Below are positions 50,497 to 58,464 of a stretch of 64,000 nucleotides of DNA, piece by piece (the stretch's first letter is position 1; every line of letters starts with the position of its first letter). The DNA lies in contig CALHLW010000066.1 of the NCBI GenBank assembly GCA_938034615.1, positions 220 through 64,219 of the forward strand. Reading direction: 5' to 3'. Under the pieces are notes generated by a model that was given only the letters and a program-made list of their open reading frames with translations, did no database searches and was not told the origin of the DNA. This stretch comes from an uncultured Neomegalonema sp. (GTDB taxonomy: Bacteria > Pseudomonadota > Alphaproteobacteria > Rhodobacterales > Rhodobacteraceae). The position numbers were made by a program, and so were the translations under genes.

Positions 50497-51690
50497 ATGT
50501 CCGCCGCCGATACAGCCGCGACACCCGCTTTCCTGCGTGACCGGCCCGCGCCGACCGCCTGTCTGGCGCTTGCTGATGGGCAGGTCTTCTGGGGCAAGGG
50601 ATTCGGTGCCAACGGGCGAACGGTGGGCGAGCTGTGTTTCAACACGGCGATGACCGGCTATCAGGAGGTGATGACCGATCCCTCCTATGCCGATCAGATC
50701 GTCGCCTTCACCTTTCCGCATATTGGCAATGTCGGGGTGAACGACGAAGACCGGGAAACCGGCTCCCCCGTCGCGCTCGGCATGGTCACGCGGATGGATC
50801 CGACCGAGCCTTCGAACTGGCGGGCGATGGAGCCGCTGGACGAATGGATGCAAGGCATCGGACGGATCGGGATCGCGGGGATCGATACGCGGCGGCTGAC
50901 GCGGCTGATCCGATCATCCGGGATGCCCCATGCTGCCCTGTGCCACGATCCGGCTGGGGATATCGACGCCGATGCACTGGTGGCGATGGCGCGGGGTTGG
51001 AACGGGATCGAGGACGCCGATCTCGCCGCCGAAGTAACCTGCGAAGCATCCTATGACTGGAGCGAGGGACGCTGGAGCTGGCCCGATGGGTATGAAAAGA
51101 ACCCAGCAACGAAGCATAAGGTCGTCGCCATCGATTTCGGAGCCAAGCACAATATCCTGCGCTGTCTGACCGATGTGGGTTGCGATGTGACCGTGGTTCC
51201 GGCGCAAACCTCAGCCGAAGACATCCTCGGGCTGCAACCGGATGGCATCTTCCTGACTAATGGTCCGGGGGATCCGGCGGCGACGGGGGTCTATGCCGTC
51301 GATACGATCCGGTCGTTGATCGACGCTGAGTTGCCGGTCTTCGGAGTTTGTCTGGGCCATCAACTGCTCGCCATGGCCCTTGGCGGGAAAACCGCGAAGA
51401 TGAAGTTCGGGCATCATGGTGCGAACCATCCGGTTAAAGACATGGAGACGGGAAAAGTCGAGATCACCTCGATGAACCACGGCTTTACCGTCGATGAGGC
51501 GTCGCTGCCCGAAAGCGTGGTGCAGACGCATGTGTCGCTGTTCGACGGCTCGAATTGTGGGCTTCGCGACGCGGAGCGTCCGCTTTTCTCGGTGCAGTAC
51601 CATCCCGAAGCAAGCCCTGGCCCGAAGGACAGCTTCTACCTGTTCGAGCGGTTTGCGGAGAATATCAGAAACAGCGACAGCCGCGCGTAG
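50497..51690 (+). CDS. carA: Carbamoyl-phosphate synthase small (glutaminase) subunit
   Basis: 397 aa with GELCFNTAMTGYQEVMTDPSY, GVCLGHQLL (catalytic Cys) and FSVQYHPEASPGP. Confidence 0.95.
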   Translation: MSAADTAATPAFLRDRPAPTACLALADGQVFWGKGFGANGRTVGELCFNTAMTGYQEVMTDPSYADQIVAFTFPHIGNVGVNDEDRETGSPVALGMVTRMDPTEPSNWRAMEPLDEWMQGIGRIGIAGIDTRRLTRLIRSSGMPHAALCHDPAGDIDADALVAMARGWNGIEDADLAAEVTCEASYDWSEGRWSWPDGYEKNPATKHKVVAIDFGAKHNILRCLTDVGCDVTVVPAQTSAEDILGLQPDGIFLTNGPGDPAATGVYAVDTIRSLIDAELPVFGVCLGHQLLAMALGGKTAKMKFGHHGANHPVKDMETGKVEITSMNHGFTVDEASLPESVVQTHVSLFDGSNCGLRDAERPLFSVQYHPEASPGPKDSFYLFERFAENIRNSDSRA

Positions 51691-51782
51691 AGGTACGTCA
51701 CACCCGTTCTGGATATAAAGCTGCACTATTTTGGTGCAATATATTGACTTTCTAATCCCAATCATTTCCGTTGTGTATCACA

Positions 51783-53531
51783 ATGGAAAATCCTGATGGC
51801 GAAACGAACAGCCGCTTCCAGCGAGAAACGGAGAGCCTTGCGGCATCTCCGGCGATACGCCATTCCGCTCTTCTTGATGACGGCCGGTCATTCGGAACGG
51901 ATTTCGATTTTCGACAGGAAGGCTGGGAAGACGTTCTCTGCCGCCGCACGGTCATCACCGACTTCACGAATGATGGCGGGATCGTCTTCACAGCCGGAAC
52001 ATATGCCGATGCCGTGAATGCTGCCGGAGAGCTTGGGGTCAGGAATCGTCTTCGTGATGTCAGGTTGATACGGCAACCGGCGATCTTGTCGAGACTGTCG
52101 AAACGCTATGAAAATGCTCTCACGGAACGCTCGACGAAGGGGCTACGGGAGAATGCGCCTGAACATTCTGCGGCGACCGGCTTTCCGATATGGATGCGCC
52201 TCGCATGGTTCGCGGTCGCGGTTCTTGTGCTGGCAGCGCTCGTTGCCGCACCCTTCGCGACGATCCTGAATCTCTGGCTGCTATGCCTTCCCTACTTCGC
52301 AGCGACGATGCTGCTACGGGCGTATCTGCTGTTCAGTGCGGAGCGCCCGGTGGAAGCCCTGCCGAGTATCCCGAAGAAACGACCCGTCGTCTCAATCTTG
52401 GTGCCGGTCTATCGCGAGGCCGACAGCTTGCCCGCGCTGATTCAGGCGCTGGGAATGCTCGATTATCCCAAGCGGGCGCTGGATATCAAAATCCTGCTCG
52501 AAGAGAACGACGCCGATACGATCATGGAGGCGCGTTGGTTAACCGCTGGCACGCATATCAGTTGTCTCGTCGTGCCGACGAGCGAGCCGCGGACGAAACC
52601 CAAAGCGATGAATTTCGCCCTGCCCTTCGCGCGCGGCGAGATCGTCGGTATCTTCGATGCGGAAGATGCGCCGGAGTCGGATCAGATACTCAAAGCCGTG
52701 GCGGCGCTGGAGTCGTCGGGGGACGAAGTTGTCTGCGCGCAAGCTCGGTTGAGCCATTACAACCCGGACGACAATCTCCTGACCCGCTGCGTGGCGATGG
52801 AATACGCACTATGGTTCGACATGCTGTTGAAGGGATTGAGCCGGGCGCGATTGCCGGTGCCGCTCGGGGGAACATCTCTTTATTTCAAAACGGAAATTTT
52901 GCGCGAGATCGGGGGTTGGGATCCTGACAATGTAACCGAAGATGCCGATCTGGGGTTGCGGCTGGCTCGGGCCGGAAAGCGGGCTGTCGTCTTTGATTCG
53001 ACGACCCATGAGGAGGCAACGGACAGCGCCCTCGCGTGGATCAGGCAGCGGTCGCGATGGATCAAGGGGTTCATGCTGACTTGGGCGGTGCATATGCGCG
53101 ATCCTGTGCGGTTGGCGCGGGAACTCGGCGTCGTGCCGATGTTGGCGATCAATGTGTTGTTGCTCGATGGATTTCTCTCGTTCCTGATGCAGCCAGTCAT
53201 GCTGCTCTCGGCGGTCGCGGCGATGACGATGGATGCGCCGCCGTGGCTGGGCCTGCTGAACGCACCGGGGGCGGGCTTGCTGCTGGCAGCCTTGTTCGGA
53301 GGGCAACTCTTGCTGCTCTGCGGAGCGTTCGTCGCCGGATACAGGCGTTTCGGGTTTGGCGTTGCGGCAAGTGCGCCTTTGCTCTGGCCTTACTGGATGA
53401 TGGGCGGGGTCGCTGCGGCTTACGCTCTCGTGCAACTGATGACGCGACCGCAATTCTGGGAGAAGACGGTCCATTGCGTTAGCCCGGTTGCGCGGGCGCG
53501 GCGTGCGGCAGTGCTCGGAGAAGGCGAATAA
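51783..53531 (+). CDS. Membrane-embedded family 2 glycosyltransferase (processive, QxxRW type)
   Basis: VSILVPVYREA, GIFDAEDAP, NVTEDADLGLRL and QRSRWIKG. TM helices lie on both sides of the catalytic domain. The N-terminal domain of about 130 aa is unrecognised. Start taken at ATG 51783; TTG 51771 is in the track. Confidence 0.75.
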   Translation: MENPDGETNSRFQRETESLAASPAIRHSALLDDGRSFGTDFDFRQEGWEDVLCRRTVITDFTNDGGIVFTAGTYADAVNAAGELGVRNRLRDVRLIRQPAILSRLSKRYENALTERSTKGLRENAPEHSAATGFPIWMRLAWFAVAVLVLAALVAAPFATILNLWLLCLPYFAATMLLRAYLLFSAERPVEALPSIPKKRPVVSILVPVYREADSLPALIQALGMLDYPKRALDIKILLEENDADTIMEARWLTAGTHISCLVVPTSEPRTKPKAMNFALPFARGEIVGIFDAEDAPESDQILKAVAALESSGDEVVCAQARLSHYNPDDNLLTRCVAMEYALWFDMLLKGLSRARLPVPLGGTSLYFKTEILREIGGWDPDNVTEDADLGLRLARAGKRAVVFDSTTHEEATDSALAWIRQRSRWIKGFMLTWAVHMRDPVRLARELGVVPMLAINVLLLDGFLSFLMQPVMLLSAVAAMTMDAPPWLGLLNAPGAGLLLAALFGGQLLLLCGAFVAGYRRFGFGVAASAPLLWPYWMMGGVAAAYALVQLMTRPQFWEKTVHCVSPVARARRAAVLGEGE

Positions 53532-53570
53532 CGCTTGCGCCCATCATGCGCGCCGCGCAGAACCTCCCGC

Positions 53571-54938
53571 ATGAGCGATACAGCAGCACCCACCCGCCCT
53601 ACACCCCCTAAGATCGGTATGGTCAGTCTTGGCTGTCCGAAAGCCCTCGTGGATTCCGAACGCATCCTGACGCGACTGCGTGCCGAGGGCTACGCTTTCG
53701 CACCGGATTATGACGGGGCCGATGCGGTGATCGTGAATACCTGCGGGTTCCTCGACAGCGCCAAGGCAGAGAGCCTCGACGCCATCGGGGAGGCCCTGCG
53801 CGAGAATGGGCGCGTGATCGTCACGGGCTGCATGGGTGCGGAAGCCGAAACCATCGAGAAGGCGCATCCGAAGGTGCTCGCCATCACAGGGCCGCAGCAA
53901 TACGAGCAGGTGATGGATGCAGTGCACGAGGCCGTGCCGCCCCGCCCGGATGCCTTCACCGACCTGATCCCTGCGCCGCGCGAGGGGGCCGGGGTTCGCC
54001 TGACGCCGCGCCACTACGCCTATCTCAAGATTTCGGAGGGGTGCAATCACTCCTGCCGGTTCTGCATCATTCCCGATATGCGCGGAAAACTGGTTTCGCG
54101 TCCGGTGAACGCGGTGTTGCGGGAGGCGGAACGGCTGGTCGAGTCCGGGGTGAAGGAACTGCTGGTCATCTCGCAAGATACGTCCGCCTACGGGGTCGAT
54201 ATCAAGCATAAACCGGCGGAGTGGAAGGGTCGGGAGTATCGCTCCGACCTGCACGACTTGTGCGAAGGACTGGGGACATTGGGGGCATGGGTCCGGCTGC
54301 ATTACGTCTATCCGTACCCGTCGGTGGACAGGATCATGCCGTTGATGGCGGAGGGGAAAATCCTTCCCTATCTCGATATTCCGTTCCAGCACGCTTCGCC
54401 AAAAGTGCTGCGCGCCATGCGCCGACCCGCCAATCAGGAAAAGACTCTGGAGCGCATCGCCGCATGGCGCTCGGTCTGCCCCGATCTCACGATCCGTTCG
54501 ACCTTCATCGTCGGGTTTCCGGGCGAGACGGAAGAAGATTTCCAGATGCTGCTCGACTGGCTGGAAGAGGCGCAACTCGATCGGGTCGGCTGCTTTCGTT
54601 ACGAGGACGTTGCGGGCGCAGCGGCCAATGACTTGCCGGGGCATGTGTCGCAAGAAATCAAGGACGACCGGCTGGCGCGATTCATGGCGGCGCAACAGCG
54701 GATCAGCACTGCGAAGCTCACCCGCCTGATCGGTAAGCGGATGACTGTGCTGGTCGATGCGGTGGACGAAGATGGTGCGGAGGCACGCTCGGTGGCGGAT
54801 GCACCGGAGATCGACGGGAACGTCTTTATCGACGAGGATTTCGATGACCTCTCGCCGGGGGATTTGGTAGACGTGATCGTGGATGAGACGGGCGATCATG
54901 ACGTGTGGGCAAAGCGATTCGCACAGCCAAAACGTTAA
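53571..54938 (+). CDS. rimO: Ribosomal protein S12 methylthiotransferase
   Basis: [16 protein letters not shown], radical-SAM CNHSCRFC and a TRAM C-terminus. ATG at 53571. Confidence 0.9.
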   Translation: MSDTAAPTRPTPPKIGMVSLGCPKALVDSERILTRLRAEGYAFAPDYDGADAVIVNTCGFLDSAKAESLDAIGEALRENGRVIVTGCMGAEAETIEKAHPKVLAITGPQQYEQVMDAVHEAVPPRPDAFTDLIPAPREGAGVRLTPRHYAYLKISEGCNHSCRFCIIPDMRGKLVSRPVNAVLREAERLVESGVKELLVISQDTSAYGVDIKHKPAEWKGREYRSDLHDLCEGLGTLGAWVRLHYVYPYPSVDRIMPLMAEGKILPYLDIPFQHASPKVLRAMRRPANQEKTLERIAAWRSVCPDLTIRSTFIVGFPGETEEDFQMLLDWLEEAQLDRVGCFRYEDVAGAAANDLPGHVSQEIKDDRLARFMAAQQRISTAKLTRLIGKRMTVLVDAVDEDGAEARSVADAPEIDGNVFIDEDFDDLSPGDLVDVIVDETGDHDVWAKRFAQPKR

Positions 54939-55295
54939 CTTACGTGCGTTAATCAATTAACGGGCATATCTTGTGGGTATACGGATTTTTAATACAAGAG
55001 GCTTCAATGCGGCGGTCAAAAATTAAACGTATGAAGACAATTTTTTAAAAGGCCCTACAAGCAACGTTTTTTGCTCTGCATTCCGGGAATGTTCACGACA
55101 ATCCAACGTCAAAGCGTTTGCATTAAGAACTCTTTTACCACCATTTAGCGTATTGATTACGAACGTACTTTGGAGGGCGACGCTTATGAAAACCGACAGC
55201 TTTGGGCTGATGATACTCGGCGACGACACGGTGATCCTCTAGGATTACCTTCATCTGGCAACGGTCCTGAACCGGCCCCAGAGAAACACCATGAA

Positions 55296-55326
55296 AAGGC
55301 CCTCGCATCGCGGGGGCTTTTTTCTT
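55296..55326 (+). terminator. Orphan rho-independent terminator inside an AT-rich spacer
   Basis: aaGGCCCTCGC-atc-GCGGGGGCtt followed by TTTTTTcTTT. It lies about 360 nt after the rimO stop and about 150 nt before the next ATG. Confidence 0.7.
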
Positions 55327-55330
55327 TGCT

Positions 55331-55381
55331 GACTATGCATAGTCGCCCAGCGCTGCCCGAATTGGAACCATTGCGCAATGG
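55331..55381. promoter_or_regulatory. Two perfect 14-bp palindromes (candidate operators) upstream of the HIBADH-like gene
   Basis: GACTATGCATAGTC (55331-55344) and CCATTGCGCAATGG (55368-55381) are each exactly self-complementary. A direct repeat GCGACGCGC follows at 55389 and 55425. Confidence 0.45.
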
Positions 55382-55473
55382 CGATAAAGCGACGCGCGAA
55401 AGGTCGTTCTTTGCCAAGACGGACGCGACGCGCAACCTCACGGTCGCCGAAGATAAAGCAGGAGAAACTTACC

Positions 55474-56433
55474 ATGAAGATTGGTTTCATCGGCCTCGGC
55501 AATGTCGGCGGCAAGCTTGCGGGCAGCCTGATCCGCAATGGTCATGACGTCACAGTACGAGACCTCGACCGCGATGCGGCGCAGCCTTTCCTCGACCGGG
55601 GGGCCGCATGGGGCGAAACGCCTAAAGCCATGATCGAAGCCTGCGAGGCGGTGATAACCTGCCTGCCCTCACCCGCCGCCAGTGCGGCGGTGCTGGAAGC
55701 CGATGACGGTCTTCTGGCGGGGATGGGTCCAGGCAAGATCTGGATGGAGATGTCCACGACCGATGAGGCGGAGGTCAAACGGCTCGGGGCGATGGTGCTG
55801 GCCAAGGGAGGGGCGGCGGTGGATTGCCCGGTTTCGGGAGGGTGCCACCGGGCCGATACCGGCAATATCTCGATCTTTGCCGGATGTGAGCGCGAGACGT
55901 TCGACCGGATTTTCCCGGTGCTGAAATCGCTGGGGCGGCGCATCCTGCATACGGGGCCGCTCGGCTCTGCCTCGGTGTTGAAGGTGATGACGAATTATCT
56001 GGCGACCGCTAACCTGCTGACTTGCTGCGAAGCACTGGTGACGATGAAGGCCGCCGGGATGGACCTCGCCACGACCTATGAGGCGATCCGCATTTCGTCG
56101 GGCACCTCCTTCGTGCATGAGACGGAAAGCCAGATCATCCTCAATGGCTCGCGCGATATCAGCTTTACGATGGACCTCGTGAAGAAGGATATTGGACTGT
56201 TTCAGGCCATCGCGGACCGGGAAGGCGTGCCGCTGGAGATCAGCCCGACGATGGTGGGCATCTTCGATGACGGCATTGCCCGTTTCGGAGAGCGCGAACT
56301 CTCGCCCAATATCATCCGGCGGTTGGAGGAAGCCACCGGCCTGTCGATCCTTGCGGACGGTTTCCCGGCAGAAATGACAGACGAGGAACCGGAGGAAGAA
56401 GGCTACGAAGTCGTGCGTGGCGGGCGGGCATAA
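55474..56433 (+). CDS. NAD(P)-dependent oxidoreductase, 3-hydroxyisobutyrate/6-phosphogluconate dehydrogenase family
   Basis: MKIGFIGLGNVGGKLAGSLIRNGHDVTVRD, and ...GSASVLKVMTNYL. AGGAGA lies upstream of ATG 55474. Acidic C-terminal tail. Confidence 0.8.
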   Translation: MKIGFIGLGNVGGKLAGSLIRNGHDVTVRDLDRDAAQPFLDRGAAWGETPKAMIEACEAVITCLPSPAASAAVLEADDGLLAGMGPGKIWMEMSTTDEAEVKRLGAMVLAKGGAAVDCPVSGGCHRADTGNISIFAGCERETFDRIFPVLKSLGRRILHTGPLGSASVLKVMTNYLATANLLTCCEALVTMKAAGMDLATTYEAIRISSGTSFVHETESQIILNGSRDISFTMDLVKKDIGLFQAIADREGVPLEISPTMVGIFDDGIARFGERELSPNIIRRLEEATGLSILADGFPAEMTDEEPEEEGYEVVRGGRA

Positions 56434-57028
56434 TCCGTGCGCGGCCCAGCAGGATCGCAAGAACAATCGCGCCGTTCAGGATGAACAGATAGACGGGGTA
56501 GGCGAGCAGCACCGGCTCGACTGCGCCCACCGATGCTATGGCGCAGGCCGAAGCGACGAAGGACAGGAACCACGTCGTCATCGTCTCGCTTTCAGGGGCA
56601 AGATACGCTTTGGCGACCGTGATGCCGCCACCGAGAAGGCTGATGCTGATCGTGATGGCGAGGGCGTAGACGGCGTCTTCGGTGAAGTACCACAGCACCA
56701 GGCCCAAGGCGGCAGCGGCGAGCACGGCGCAATCGGAGCGTTTGAGAAAACCACCGACCCCGAGCCGGATCGAAAGCAGGAAGACGGCTATCGTGCCGCT
56801 CACCTGCACTCCGGCGAACCAGAGCGACGAGCCTGCGCCCTCGTACACTTGTGAGAAGAAGGCAATCGATCCCAGGATCGACCAGATCAACCATGAGGCG
56901 CGTTGAGGTTGGGTCCGTCGGGCTATCGTGTCGCGGATATAGGGCAGATAGGCGAAGGTGCTGAGGACGCCCGAGAGGACGCCGAGACACAGCAGAAACC
57001 TCGCCGGGTCTTCGAAAAACGGGAACAT
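56312..57028 (-). CDS. Hypothetical 7-TM membrane protein (weak PQ-loop-like first helix)
   Basis: 238 aa with seven hydrophobic segments by eye. STFAYLPYIRDTIARRTQPQRASWLIW loosely resembles a PQ-loop. The last 40 aa or so are Arg/Pro-rich and overlap the convergent gene. Confidence 0.5.
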   Translation of the reverse strand: MFPFFEDPARFLLCLGVLSGVLSTFAYLPYIRDTIARRTQPQRASWLIWSILGSIAFFSQVYEGAGSSLWFAGVQVSGTIAVFLLSIRLGVGGFLKRSDCAVLAAAALGLVLWYFTEDAVYALAITISISLLGGGITVAKAYLAPESETMTTWFLSFVASACAIASVGAVEPVLLAYPVYLFILNGAIVLAILLGRARIMPARHARLRSLLPPVPRLSFLPGNRPQGSTGRWLPPTAG

Positions 57029-57132
57029 GGTACACTCCGAATACGCGATCTCCGCTGAGGAGATCGATGCATCCGTAATGCAACCGGAGCGCCATCACTG
57101 AAGTGATTCAAGTCACATCAAAGACGAATAGG

Positions 57133-57387
57133 TCACGAAACCAGTCCAGCAACCATTGCTACAAGAGCAACGAGATGGATCAGGATAATCGCCTTGTCGT
57201 TCCAAAGAAGGCCAACGAGCAGCCAACCAGTAATGCCGACAAGGAACAGATAGATGTTCCAAGGCGTGTAACCGAAGGACGTGGCTGTGTAGCCGAAGAT
57301 CTGAATGACCGAGGCGATCCACTTGATGATGAAGGCAACACGCTGGCTATCGATACGGTTTGGGATAGTGAGGCAGGTTGTGGTCAT
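57133..57387 (-). CDS. Hypothetical small 3-TM membrane protein (84 aa)
   Basis: MTTTCLTIPNRIDSQRVAFIIKWIASVIQIFGYTATSFGYTPWNIYLFLVGITGWLLVGLLWND... AAGGA lies 8 nt upstream of ATG 57387. Visibly lower GC than neighbours. Confidence 0.5.
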   Translation of the reverse strand: MTTTCLTIPNRIDSQRVAFIIKWIASVIQIFGYTATSFGYTPWNIYLFLVGITGWLLVGLLWNDKAIILIHLVALVAMVAGLVS

Positions 57388-57459
57388 GGTTATGATCCTT
57401 CTGTTACGCTGTTTTTCGCTGAAAAGAAGAAACTTGACCAATCATCACTCGTCGCATGA

Positions 57460-57480
57460 GGCTGTAGAAAATCTACAGCC
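57460..57480. promoter_or_regulatory. LysR-type (T-N11-A) inverted repeat in a divergent promoter region
   Basis: GGCTGTAGA-aaa-TCTACAGCC has perfect 9-bp arms and contains T-N11-A (57465..57477). It lies 16 nt upstream of the LysR ATG and 73 nt from the divergent small membrane gene. Confidence 0.5.
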
Positions 57481-57495
57481 GGAGAGATCGCGATC

Positions 57496-58359
57496 ATGCG
57501 CCTGCCGAATCTGAACGCCGTGCGCATGTTCGATGCGGCGGCGAAGCATCTGAACTTTCGGCTCGCGGCGGAAGAGCTGAACCTGACCCAGGGCGCGGTC
57601 GCGCAGCAGGTGCGGCGGCTGGAGGCCGATCTGGGGCTGAAACTGTTCGAGCGTGAGGCGCGCGGTTTGGCGCTGACCGATGTGGGGCGCACCTACCATG
57701 GGGCGATCCGGCGGGCGCTCGCGATTATCGAGGAAGCGACGCGGACCCTGAAACCTGCGCCCGCGAAAATCGCGATCAGCGTCACCCCCTCCTTTGCCTC
57801 GAAATGGCTGGTTCAGCGGTTGCACCGATTTGCGGAGCGTCACCCGGACATCGACCTTCAGGTCGTTGCGAGCGAGCGGGTCGCGGATTTCAGGTCGGAC
57901 GGGATCGACCTGGCGATCCGATGGGGCAAACCGGCGGTGGGGGCGGCGGTGTCCAGCACCCTGCTCGCGCCTATTGATCTTTGCGCGGTATGCAGCCCCG
58001 GCTTCGCGGAGGGATTGGACGGGATAACCGGGAGAGACCTGTTCGCATCGCAGCCGCTGATTCAGGACAGCCATTCGTTCTGGGAAATCCTGTTCGACGA
58101 GTTCGGGATTGGTGAGCATCGCCGGATCATGCAGTTCAACCAGACCGCCCTCGCCATGGATGCCGCCGCAAACGGACAGGGAATCGCTGTCGCGCCTCGC
58201 TTGCTGATCGAAGAGGATGTGGCACGGGGGCGGCTGGTCGTGGTCTGGAAGGACGAGAACCCGGATCGCGGCGGGTATCACATCGTGCACCCTGCCCCAA
58301 AGGGCAGGACGGCGGAACGCGATGCCGTCGTCGCGTGGATTCTCGATGAGGTCTCCTGA
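57496..58359 (+). CDS. LysR family transcriptional regulator (GcvA-like)
   Basis: 287 aa. wHTH region LNAVRMFDAAAKHLNFRLAAEELNLTQGAVAQQVRRLE and an LTTR substrate-binding domain. Confidence 0.88.
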   Translation: MRLPNLNAVRMFDAAAKHLNFRLAAEELNLTQGAVAQQVRRLEADLGLKLFEREARGLALTDVGRTYHGAIRRALAIIEEATRTLKPAPAKIAISVTPSFASKWLVQRLHRFAERHPDIDLQVVASERVADFRSDGIDLAIRWGKPAVGAAVSSTLLAPIDLCAVCSPGFAEGLDGITGRDLFASQPLIQDSHSFWEILFDEFGIGEHRRIMQFNQTALAMDAAANGQGIAVAPRLLIEEDVARGRLVVVWKDENPDRGGYHIVHPAPKGRTAERDAVVAWILDEVS

Positions 58360-58364
58360 CGCAG

Positions 58365-58464
58365 AGTGAAATCCGATCAAATCGAGGATCGAATTGCCCT
58401 AACCGATGCACGTCGCAAATGGGCATTTCGATGCGCTTTTTATCCAATCAGATCGGGTTTCACT
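58365..58464. repeat. 100-bp intergenic unit bounded by 14-bp inverted repeats (13/14 match)
   Basis: AGTGAAATCCGATC (58365-58378) versus GATCGGGTTTCACT (58451-58464). It fills the whole convergent gap between the LysR stop and the MttB stop. Inside is GCAT-TTCG-ATGC followed by GCTTTTT. Confidence 0.5.
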
